Of a DNA stretch of 64,000 nt, positions 48,873-57,522 are shown piece by piece. This DNA comes from an uncultured virus (IMG/VR IMGVR_UViG_3300033149_004104). Lineage: Duplodnaviria; Heunggongvirae; Uroviricota; Caudoviricetes. Every line of letters begins with the position of its first letter. The first letter of the stretch is position 1. Both the position numbers and the translations under genes were made by a program. The stretch spans positions 62,001-126,000 of the IMG/VR virus record IMGVR_UViG_3300033149_004104. One strand, 5' to 3'. Below the pieces are notes generated by a model. It made no database searches, was not told where the DNA came from, and saw only the letters and a list, made by a program, of their open reading frames with translations.

Positions 48873-49035
48873 TTTCTTCTTCCTTTAGTCTGTCACAATA
48901 GACATTACCATTTTCATCTACTCCCGAGTTACATCCGCCACCAAATGGCGAACATGACAACCCGGACGACTTCCAAGTGTAATCATAATACGGGCAATCA
49001 TCACCCGACATAATTTGAGACGGTTCTTTATTCAT
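48853..49035 (-). CDS. Small Cys-rich acidic protein
   Basis: 60 aa with four Cys; overlap-coupled to neighbours. Confidence 0.55.
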   Translation of the reverse strand: MNKEPSQIMSGDDCPYYDYTWKSSGLSCSPFGGGCNSGVDENGNVYCDRLKEEENEEEDN

Positions 49036-49252
49036 TTTTCTCTCCTCTTATAATTTCATTGCTTTCCTTCATTAATGACTCTTCACTATATTGTCCTCCA
49101 CAATACGGACAATATAATGAACCACCATACTTATATATCTTTATATTAGATAAAGATATATAATCATCAATGTCAAATGCTTCGATTAAACATTTGACGT
49201 GATAGCGCAAAGGATGCGCTACCGCTTCATTGTACATAGCATTGTTTCTCAT
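49028..49252 (-). CDS. Small CxxC protein, paralog of 48325..48546
   Basis: Shared motifs with paralog; SD GGAG. Confidence 0.7.
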   Translation of the reverse strand: MRNNAMYNEAVAHPLRYHVKCLIEAFDIDDYISLSNIKIYKYGGSLYCPYCGGQYSEESLMKESNEIIRGEKNE

Positions 49253-49276
49253 TTTCTCTCTCCATATAAAATTTTA

Positions 49277-49474
49277 TTAGCTTGTCCGCCATCCACAATT
49301 AAGACAGCGAACAAGGGGATCATCCCCCTCCAATCCGGTTACCTGAAGCTCCTGCTCTCCGCATTTAGGGCAGGGCTCAATCGGATACCCGGAACTCATT
49401 CCAAGTACCCATTCCACACCAACAAGGTTAAAAACCTTGCCGGATATTTTAATGGTTTTTTCTATTTTCTCCAT
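49277..49474 (-). CDS. Zinc-ribbon protein
   Basis: CPKCG...CLNCGW. Confidence 0.65.
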   Translation of the reverse strand: MEKIEKTIKISGKVFNLVGVEWVLGMSSGYPIEPCPKCGEQELQVTGLEGDDPLVRCLNCGWRTS

Positions 49475-50576
49475 TCTCTCCCTCCTCTAGCTTTTTTATA
49501 ATTACTTCCATACTATCAGTCTGGAAGTAATTACTAAGACGGCTTAACATCATGTCAACTGTGCCGTCTTCTTTATCTGGAAAAAGCTCAATGCTTTTTT
49601 CCAGTTTCCTTTGTTCTTTGAATAGGCTATTAACCCGTTCTCTTAGTTGCTCAATTTTAGCGCTGTATTTTTTTACTTTCCTTTCAGCGCTCTTTTGAGC
49701 AATTATTTTTTCATTGAGTATCCCCCTATATTTCTCAGTCACATCTTTTTCTCTTTCATAAGACGTAACTTCCTTTTCCCCCCAACAGCCGCCCCTCATA
49801 CCATCGGGGGATTCCTCAATATAATGACTTTCAACTCTCTGAACAGGGTACACCGTATATACCCGCTGTTCATCAAGGTCAATCTCAATAAGTTTAGAAC
49901 TAAGAATTCCTTTTATTCCCTCTCCTTCGGATATTTTTCCACGTATCCGAGTTTCGAGCTCAATTCTCTCAGCTTGGCGCTTAGCTTCGCCGAGAGAAGA
50001 TAGAGCCCCTTTCATTCTAGTAATCTTTTTTTGAATTTTTTTAATTTTGGGGAGTATCTCTTTTTTCAGGTGGGTGACTTTTTTAAATCGGGGCAGTAAA
50101 ACTTTACGCCCCCAAGCCAGGGCTTCTTGGTGCCGTTTTCTTAAATCGGCTTCCCTGGCTTCTTTTTCAGCTATTTTATACAAGCGATAGGCTTCTCCCA
50201 TCGCTTGCCATTCTTCTTTTTTTAAATATTTCTCAATTCCTGACTCCCAACTGCCATCTTCGTTCGGGTAGAAGACAGCAATCCTCTCCTCTCTATCGTC
50301 AGGGAAAACCTTAACGACAGAGACTCTGGGAGTCCATGTCCTCAGGCTGACTTTAGTGGGAACTTGCCAATCCCACTTTCTAATTTCAACCCGAGGCTCT
50401 GCTTTTCGGAGCGGTGTGGCGATAAAAAACCGCTCCTTTTCAACCAATCTACATTCCCACCACTCGCCAATGGTGGGCTGAAAACAAGAACGGCGATCTA
50501 TCAAAATCACCTTCCCGTTTTCGTTTTTTCCAAAGAACGGCCCTTTCGAGCCGTTCTTTACTTGGAGGAGTTTCAT
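49449..50576 (-). CDS. Early protein with TRAM/OB-like N-terminus and coiled coil
   Basis: GKNENGKVILID...IGEWWECRLVEKERFFIATP resembles a TRAM domain; Lys/Glu-rich helical C-terminal half. Confidence 0.55.
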   Translation of the reverse strand: MKLLQVKNGSKGPFFGKNENGKVILIDRRSCFQPTIGEWWECRLVEKERFFIATPLRKAEPRVEIRKWDWQVPTKVSLRTWTPRVSVVKVFPDDREERIAVFYPNEDGSWESGIEKYLKKEEWQAMGEAYRLYKIAEKEAREADLRKRHQEALAWGRKVLLPRFKKVTHLKKEILPKIKKIQKKITRMKGALSSLGEAKRQAERIELETRIRGKISEGEGIKGILSSKLIEIDLDEQRVYTVYPVQRVESHYIEESPDGMRGGCWGEKEVTSYEREKDVTEKYRGILNEKIIAQKSAERKVKKYSAKIEQLRERVNSLFKEQRKLEKSIELFPDKEDGTVDMMLSRLSNYFQTDSMEVIIKKLEEGENGENRKNH

Positions 50577-50584
50577 TTAAATAT

Positions 50585-50959
50585 TTAAATACAAAACTGA
50601 TCTACGCAAACCAGCATTGATACTCGATCAGCTAGTTTGCATACCCTAGCCTTTCCCAACGGCCGACCGCTTGCCTTTATTGCGGTTAGCGTCGGGAAAG
50701 ACACCAAAACGATATCGACGCTGCTGTCAGCCTCAAGCTCATCAAGAGCTTGAATGATAGCTGGAGGCAGCTCAAAAGCCATCTCCACATCGACCCAACC
50801 TCTAGAATTCTCGATCTTTTTCTCGATTTGCTTGACCGAGAATCTTCTTACAGTTTCACAGTCGACACGTGACAGCACCGTGCCATCTGTGAACTTGAAA
50901 TCGTGCGGACTGGAGAAATTTACAACTCGCAGTCCATTCTTCAATTTTACTTTTGTCAT
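50585..50959 (-). CDS. First gene of the early operon, hypothetical protein
   Basis: Start MTKVKLK with SD AGGAGG; VVNFSSPHDF motif. Confidence 0.65.
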   Translation of the reverse strand: MTKVKLKNGLRVVNFSSPHDFKFTDGTVLSRVDCETVRRFSVKQIEKKIENSRGWVDVEMAFELPPAIIQALDELEADSSVDIVLVSFPTLTAIKASGRPLGKARVCKLADRVSMLVCVDQFCI

Positions 50960-50990
50960 TTTTCCTCCTAATCTAATCATTTTTTCGTTT

Positions 50991-51116
50991 CCAGCCGCGT
51001 GGGATTCGAACCCACCCCGGCTAATGCCGGTTCCCGCATCGGAATTTCACCTTGCGGCCGATGCCCCTGTCTGCAGCCAGGCGTCCGGGACTTTTTTACG
51101 GTGGGACACTCACCGA
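50991..51116 (-). ncRNA. Structured GC-rich 5' leader RNA ending in a tRNA-type T-arm
   Basis: Helices CGGTG/CACCG, GCATCGG/CCGATGC, CCGGC-ATTA-GCCGG and GTGGG-TTCGAAT-CCCAC. Confidence 0.65.
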
Positions 51117-51138
51117 AATTTCATTTTTAATTAACTGC

Positions 51139-51167
51139 ATTATACCCCCCTTTGCAAAAAAAGTCAA
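51139..51167 (-). promoter_or_regulatory. Strong sigma70-type early promoter
   Basis: TTGACT (51167-51162), 17 nt spacer, TATAAT (51144-51139); A/T tracts upstream resemble an UP element. Confidence 0.9.
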
Positions 51168-51282
51168 TAGTTTTTTCTAAAAAAATAAAAAAATTTTAAT
51201 TTTTTTCTGGAAAAATAGTAAACACATGTTTACTACTCCTATATCTCTAAAATCTCTAATTCTCCTGTCAAATTTAAGATTG

Positions 51283-53970
51283 CTATATCAGCTCATCCCC
51301 AAATCCCCATACCTGATTTTTATCATAATAATCAGCTATATTTATTTCAAGTTCAAGTGGAATTCCTTTATTCTCCGGTCTATCTTTCTCAAATTCTTCT
51401 TTTGCTACTTTAAACAACTCATTTACCTCTTCTCTATGTGTATATCCTACAATAGCGTCATGTACATTTCCACATAATCTGCTTTTCAAATTATTTTCTT
51501 TAATATATTTGTTTAATTTAATAGCCATTAATATCATAATTGCGTTTTCATAACTTTGTACTGGAGAATTTAACGCTATATTTTTAAGATTTTTAATCAC
51601 TCCTTTTCTATCATCCTTTCCTTGATATTTTAATTGTGGCAGTCTCCTGATTGCCCCAAACGGGCTTCTTACGTACCCATCAATTTCAGCCTGCCCTTTT
51701 ATCTCATTTGTACCCACAATTTTATCTATCCAACTCTTCAATCCACTATATTTTTCAAAATATTTACCTCTTATATCACTAGCTACTGCCCAACATTTAG
51801 CAAAATAAGATTTATTAGAAATAGATTTAAACATATCAGATTTATCATCATTTAATAATGAAAGCATTTTATCAACCTTGTTTTGCAAATTAAAATCATT
51901 TATATATTTAATTACGTCCCTCTCACCCCATTCTTTCTCAATAACAGTTTTAGCAAAATTAAAAGCTGTTGCACCGAATTCTAATTGAAAATTGATTCCC
52001 TTGGCTTTAAATCTTATCTCTTTTATATTATCATCCCCAGCTTTTTTTAATTTAATAAACTCTTCAAGAGATAAATCCCTTCTTAGTACAAATTGAGCAG
52101 TCATACTATGCATATCGCCACCCAATTCTGTAAAAACCTTCTTCATTTCTTTATCTTGACTATAAATAGCTCCAATACGTAACTGAAATCCCGATGCGTC
52201 TTTTTCATCTATAACATAATCCTCGCTCGGGGGAATAAATATCCTGCGATACCATTTAGCTCTTTCTCCGTGTTTCGGAATATTTTGTCCATTCGGGTTT
52301 TGACTCCAATTCCTGTGAGAACTTGTAAGAAAGGGGCCAAATGTGGGGTGTATTCTATCATCACGCTTCCTATATTGAAAGAATCCTGAATTATCTTCTC
52401 TTTTGCCCACAAAGGTATTCATAAGAGTCTTCAGGGCCCTGTACTCTTGAATAAGCTTAGCCTCTTTATGTCCATCGTTAATCCATTGAATTAACTGATC
52501 ATCTCCAGTTAAATATATATTATTTATTTTTAAATCTGCATTTAATTTTTTAATTAAACCGGGCTTAGGCTTTTCTTTACTTCTGCCATAATCTTTCCAT
52601 CCTAACATTTCCAATACAGCCCCCAATTCATTACCGCTATCCAGGTCAAAGTCAACTTTTAAAGATTTTATTATTTCATCTTTTTTTTCACTTATTAATT
52701 TCTCCAATTCTAATGAATATTTTTCAAGTAAATTCCAATCAACACACATCCCCTCTAATTCTATATCTAGAAAAACATTCACAGCTGGCATAACAATATC
52801 ATAAAAATATTTTTTTAAACTCCATTGGCTCTCAGGAAATTTTTCTTGTACAGGAAAGGCTCTATCAATTCTTTCTATTTCCTTTACTTGTTGTTCATAT
52901 ATCTGATATGTAACAATAGCATCCATAATAGCATAGGGATATCTAACTTCTTCTGGAATCCTGCTATAATCATTTTTACATTCAGGATATTTCTTTTTAT
53001 ACAAGTCTAATTCTCTATCATATCCCCCGTGTATTGTATAGAGCCATGCATCACTTTTAAGTGATGAGCGTTGCATTTCGTTTATAACATGACTGGCATT
53101 CCATGTATCATGATATATGTTGATATTTTCTCTAGGAACCCCTTTTAGAATGAAAAATTTTGTATCATATTTTCCATTTTGCATGATAAGCATTTTATTC
53201 TTAATAAATTCTGAAAAAAGATATATATCAACTTTCTTCCAATCTAATAAGTAACCGGTTATACCATCAAAGGAGATAGTTACTTCGAGTATTTCGCTAT
53301 CAGGATGCCAGGGATCTAGTAATTTAGTTTCAATATCACAGGCCATCTTACAAGCTTTATCTTTATTAGCCTGCAGCCACACGTTAGGGTCCTCAATTAC
53401 TTCTTTCTTTATTCTTTGTTTTTCTATTTTCGGAAATTCTATCATAAAAGCGTTTCTAATTTGATGTTTAGCAAAAATGTAAGACCAATTATCAAGGATT
53501 TTATTTTTTCTAGGGTTGATAAAATTATATAAATTGTCAATCGGGAAAATTATAGAATCTAAATCAGGAGCATAAAAATAAGTTTTGTTAAATATAATAT
53601 CATAAAAACCTTTGATATCTAAATCGTCGCTTTTAATAATAGAATATAACGCCCTGCCTACTGTAATAATTTTACTTTTTGGTTTTATATACTGCTTCAA
53701 GTCTATACATCTGTCGGCATAAAAATCAATTATTTTATTTGGTTCTTTATCTAAATTGAAATTGAAACAGTTCAAGACAAGTATATCTGCATCAACTATA
53801 CTAGAAATAAATCTTAAGAAAATTTCTCTAGTTTTATAATTATAATTTTTATCTAAAACAACTACAAAATCATAAGATTGATCTTTATTAGATTTAAATA
53901 CTACTGAATCGATCATATTATAATATTTTTTAATATCGAGGTTTCTATTTAGAGGCTTACTAAAAATCAA
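51283..53970 (-). CDS. DNA polymerase, family A, with 3'-5' exonuclease
   Basis: Exo motifs DIET, QNGKYD, YAIMDA; PNGQNIP; motif A DASGFQLR, motif B RFKAKGINF, motif C VHDA; TTG start. Confidence 0.92.
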   Translation of the reverse strand: MIFSKPLNRNLDIKKYYNMIDSVVFKSNKDQSYDFVVVLDKNYNYKTREIFLRFISSIVDADILVLNCFNFNLDKEPNKIIDFYADRCIDLKQYIKPKSKIITVGRALYSIIKSDDLDIKGFYDIIFNKTYFYAPDLDSIIFPIDNLYNFINPRKNKILDNWSYIFAKHQIRNAFMIEFPKIEKQRIKKEVIEDPNVWLQANKDKACKMACDIETKLLDPWHPDSEILEVTISFDGITGYLLDWKKVDIYLFSEFIKNKMLIMQNGKYDTKFFILKGVPRENINIYHDTWNASHVINEMQRSSLKSDAWLYTIHGGYDRELDLYKKKYPECKNDYSRIPEEVRYPYAIMDAIVTYQIYEQQVKEIERIDRAFPVQEKFPESQWSLKKYFYDIVMPAVNVFLDIELEGMCVDWNLLEKYSLELEKLISEKKDEIIKSLKVDFDLDSGNELGAVLEMLGWKDYGRSKEKPKPGLIKKLNADLKINNIYLTGDDQLIQWINDGHKEAKLIQEYRALKTLMNTFVGKREDNSGFFQYRKRDDRIHPTFGPFLTSSHRNWSQNPNGQNIPKHGERAKWYRRIFIPPSEDYVIDEKDASGFQLRIGAIYSQDKEMKKVFTELGGDMHSMTAQFVLRRDLSLEEFIKLKKAGDDNIKEIRFKAKGINFQLEFGATAFNFAKTVIEKEWGERDVIKYINDFNLQNKVDKMLSLLNDDKSDMFKSISNKSYFAKCWAVASDIRGKYFEKYSGLKSWIDKIVGTNEIKGQAEIDGYVRSPFGAIRRLPQLKYQGKDDRKGVIKNLKNIALNSPVQSYENAIMILMAIKLNKYIKENNLKSRLCGNVHDAIVGYTHREEVNELFKVAKEEFEKDRPENKGIPLELEINIADYYDKNQVWGFGDELI

Positions 53971-54036
53971 TTTGCTCCCCTTTTGCTTCGATATCTATTT
54001 CAAGATTAGTTGCTTTAATAAAGTTTAAACAATTAT

Positions 54037-55032
54037 TTATCTTTCATTATTAACATAAGGTATTTGCTTGATCATTCCATTCCACAATTTAACAAGATAT
54101 AATTCGGGAAATTTACCTCCTCCCGCTTGCTTATGTCCATGAATATTATGCAAGTTATTTACATCAAACCCTTCCCTAGCCCTCACTGACACTTTCCCGT
54201 TTACAGCCTTTTTATTACCCCCCTGAAATGTATTAATATTAATTATATATACAATATCATCATATTTCTCAAGCAGCTTAGAGCAAACAATACTTACTCT
54301 AGAAGAACCATAATAAAGAATAAATTTATTTCCTCTATTATCAATTCTAATTTTCATATTCTGTTCAGCATTTAATAGCTCTTCCTGTTCTTTAGCGATG
54401 CCCTCCTGTATAATGTTATGTTCATAATCTGTCCAATACCAATCTCCTCCCTTCTCAAATTTAGAAAGCTGGAGATGAATAAAGGGCATAAACTTCTGCC
54501 AGGTTTTCTCTTTCGCTTCATAATCTGTACATTTCCAAAGTACTCTATTAAGATTTTGAGCTTCTTCCCATAAAGGGGAGCCTTTATTCCAAGTATCATA
54601 TATATTTATTAAATCAACAAAATGTTTCACAATCTCAGGAATTGTTTTTTTCTTATCTTTAATAAGCCATTCGTAAAAAAGTAAAGTTCCTGATTTTGAT
54701 ATATCCACATAAATATTATCGTCTGAGGGGAGTTCCAAGGACATCTCATGGTGGTCAAAAATAAAGTAATTTTTAAAATTACATTTAATATAATTAAAAA
54801 AAGAAACGCTAATTGAAAAATCAGTTATAAATATAATATTATCCTTTCCCTTATAATCTTCAACTATATACTTCTCGTCATCATTTTTCTCTTCACCATA
54901 TATAACAGGAATATACTGATCAATTGGCAGTTCAAAATATTTAGATAAAATTATAGGAGCAATACCGTCCAAGTCTATATAATGTGTCAATAAGATATTC
55001 ATTTTAAACATAAACCCCCATTTAAGAAACAT
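54037..55032 (-). CDS. DHH-family phosphoesterase
   Basis: HYIDLDG, ITDFS, FDHH, GHKQAGG. Start may be the downstream MNILLTH. Confidence 0.85.
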   Translation of the reverse strand: MFLKWGFMFKMNILLTHYIDLDGIAPIILSKYFELPIDQYIPVIYGEEKNDDEKYIVEDYKGKDNIIFITDFSISVSFFNYIKCNFKNYFIFDHHEMSLELPSDDNIYVDISKSGTLLFYEWLIKDKKKTIPEIVKHFVDLINIYDTWNKGSPLWEEAQNLNRVLWKCTDYEAKEKTWQKFMPFIHLQLSKFEKGGDWYWTDYEHNIIQEGIAKEQEELLNAEQNMKIRIDNRGNKFILYYGSSRVSIVCSKLLEKYDDIVYIININTFQGGNKKAVNGKVSVRAREGFDVNNLHNIHGHKQAGGGKFPELYLVKLWNGMIKQIPYVNNER

Positions 55033-55060
55033 TAACTAAAAAAACAACTCAATATTTCTT

Positions 55061-55648
55061 TCAATCATTGTTTAGTTCCAGTTCTTTTAATTTTAAAAAT
55101 CCATGTTTCCATTCATTCCATATTTTATTATTACTCAGATCCTCCTTTAAACTTCCTACATTTCTAATAATGTACGAGGGATGATATAAAGGAAAAATTG
55201 TATACCCAAAATCATCATCCTGTAATATCTTCTCTTTATACTTACCAATACCATTTAGTCCAAAGGCTTTTAATGCGTTATCTCCAAAAGGCACAACAAT
55301 AGTATATCCTTTCTCCTTTAAGAATTTAAGTTCATTATATAAACCTTTCTTACAGTAACGAACCGCTTTTATCGAATCCGGATGAAAAAAATTATTATTG
55401 GGCGGCCTGCAAGAAATTCTATTTGTCACCCATTGTATATTTCTCTTAATGCCTACTTCAGCTAACATTTTATTAAGAGCTTGCCCAGCCCGCCCTACAA
55501 AAGGGCGTTTTAATCTATCTTCATCTTTTCCAGGAGCTTCTCCCATAAATATGATCCTACCTCCATACGCCCCCTCGCCCCACACCTTATTTTGTCTTTT
55601 AAATGGACAGAAATTACATTCGCTTTCTTTCCTTATAAATTTAAACAT
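55061..55648 (-). CDS. Uracil-DNA glycosylase, family 4
   Basis: CNFC, GEAPGKDED...PFVGRAG, CRPPNN, YHPSY. Confidence 0.9.
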   Translation of the reverse strand: MFKFIRKESECNFCPFKRQNKVWGEGAYGGRIIFMGEAPGKDEDRLKRPFVGRAGQALNKMLAEVGIKRNIQWVTNRISCRPPNNNFFHPDSIKAVRYCKKGLYNELKFLKEKGYTIVVPFGDNALKAFGLNGIGKYKEKILQDDDFGYTIFPLYHPSYIIRNVGSLKEDLSNNKIWNEWKHGFLKLKELELNND

Positions 55649-55685
55649 CTTATTTATGTTCTCCTCAATAATAGATAATTAAAAT

Positions 55686-57518
55686 TCACACATCGCCTTT
55701 AAAAATATTTTTCCACTCGTCCTTACTTAAAGTTTCTTTTTGAAATAATTTCTCATCGAGATCAGTTTTTTGAATCAAAGCTTTTTCAATATACTCATCT
55801 AAACTTTCTTCAAAAATTATAGGATTAATAATAACCCGTTTACTTTGTCCAATACGGTGAAATCTTTTTATACTCTGACTCCAATTTGTATAGCTAAAAT
55901 CACGACTGAAATAAATTACCCGAGAGCATTCAGTTAAATTTATTGCTGTACTCATTACTCGAAAACTGCCAACGAGCAGATTACTATCCTTATCTTGCTT
56001 GAATCTTTCTATCTTAGCATCTCGTTCTTCTTGAGTTTTTTCAGTATTGCCGTGTATAGTAATTGGATTATATTTGCTATACCGTTCTGAAAGTAAATCA
56101 ATTGTTCTCGGATGAAAATCAAAAATAACCAGTTTTTCCTTTTCTTCATTTAAATAATTATTTACAAGAGAATCAAGAATATCAATCTTTCCATGATGCT
56201 TTTCAAATTTAAACTTTTTTACAAGGTCTGCTAATGTGCGTGAATAAACAGGGTCAATCTTCCCTTTTAACAACTCAGCATTTTCATAAGCGAGCGAAAT
56301 ATATGCAAATTTATTTCTTAACTTTTTTGGTACTAATCTTCCATCGTTCTCTTTCTTGATAATTGTAATAACATAATTAACAAGAGCCTCGTAGATTTGT
56401 TTCTGCAAATCACTTAATTCTGCATATACATTTTTAATATATAATTTAGGCAATTCAAGAACTTCATCTGATTTATATCGTACTACTAACTTTTTAAACT
56501 GCTTTTCCCACCATTCTTGTTTATCTTTATAAACATAATTTACGGCATAATCACTAAATCTATTACCTATATTAGCAATATCATCAATCCACTGGTAGTA
56601 TGATTTGCCTATTATATTATTATCAAGAAAAGTTATCTGATTGTATATTTCATCAAATCTATTTGGAGTAGGAGTTCCAGTAAGCACATATCGAAAATCA
56701 AAATACTGTTTATGCAAAAGAATTACTTTAGCCTGTCGAGATTGAATAGACTTAATATTATGAGACTCATCAAGTATAATAGCTCGTTTATTACCAAATA
56801 AATCCCAAGGGATGACAGGTTTTCTATATTTTTTATTTAACCTACCATTATTTAACTTTCTAAACCAATCATCACTAAGCGTTAAGTAATGCCGATATGT
56901 CATGATAATTACCTTAACATTAGACAGGTCTTGTTCAAATGGATTTCTATTACTATTCGCTTGTGATATTAATATATTATCTTTCGTAAGAAAATTAGAG
57001 AAATGAAGTAATTCTCTTCTCCAGTTATAAACGCCTTCTGAAGGCGATACGATTACGATTTTATCAATTTCGTTTTCAGCATACAATTGATTCAGTAAAG
57101 AAGTAACAATATACGTCTTTCCAGTACCCATTTGAAGAAACAATGCAAGTCTATTCTGTTTAATACCTTTTCGTATTGCGTCAAGTTGAAAATTCTCATA
57201 GGGCGGTTTCCCCTTAATAGGCGGCACGATAAGATACTTCTCATCAAATATTTTCCTTCTAAATTCTGTTTCCGGTTGTGTTTCTTTAAGAGATTGCTGC
57301 ATCATTTCTTCTTCATTTCTAACAATAATCGTATCAATCTCTTCAAGTTTGTATTTAATCTTTATAAAAGAAGAAGCCTTACCATACCATGCTTTATACT
57401 CAGGGTCATACCGAAATTCTTTAGTACTTTTTATAATATCTTTTATACTATTGAAATAATCACCATTGAATTTTATACCAACCAACTTAGCTGGCTCATT
57501 ATACTCTACCTTAATCAT
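55686..57518 (-). CDS. SNF2-family helicase
   Basis: MGTGKT, ILDESH, LTGTP, AINL, QSIKRFHRIGQ. Confidence 0.9.
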   Translation of the reverse strand: MIKVEYNEPAKLVGIKFNGDYFNSIKDIIKSTKEFRYDPEYKAWYGKASSFIKIKYKLEEIDTIIVRNEEEMMQQSLKETQPETEFRRKIFDEKYLIVPPIKGKPPYENFQLDAIRKGIKQNRLALFLQMGTGKTYIVTSLLNQLYAENEIDKIVIVSPSEGVYNWRRELLHFSNFLTKDNILISQANSNRNPFEQDLSNVKVIIMTYRHYLTLSDDWFRKLNNGRLNKKYRKPVIPWDLFGNKRAIILDESHNIKSIQSRQAKVILLHKQYFDFRYVLTGTPTPNRFDEIYNQITFLDNNIIGKSYYQWIDDIANIGNRFSDYAVNYVYKDKQEWWEKQFKKLVVRYKSDEVLELPKLYIKNVYAELSDLQKQIYEALVNYVITIIKKENDGRLVPKKLRNKFAYISLAYENAELLKGKIDPVYSRTLADLVKKFKFEKHHGKIDILDSLVNNYLNEEKEKLVIFDFHPRTIDLLSERYSKYNPITIHGNTEKTQEERDAKIERFKQDKDSNLLVGSFRVMSTAINLTECSRVIYFSRDFSYTNWSQSIKRFHRIGQSKRVIINPIIFEESLDEYIEKALIQKTDLDEKLFQKETLSKDEWKNIFKGDV

Positions 57519-57522
57519 TTTT

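Noticed and set aside
45345..51030. attP remnants or integron attC sites
   Set aside because: No integrase in the window; covariation and G-U pairs favour the transcribed strand; no attC-type core sites recognised. Kept only as a minor alternative.
47284..51060. Functional tRNA genes
   Set aside because: T-arms are present, but the ~42 nt elements lack an anticodon arm and CCA, and the leader does not fold into a canonical cloverleaf.
50991..51116. Known ribozyme or riboswitch (hammerhead, HDV-like, c-di-GMP)
   Set aside because: I could not find their conserved cores by eye (e.g. no CUGANGA); an Rfam search is needed.
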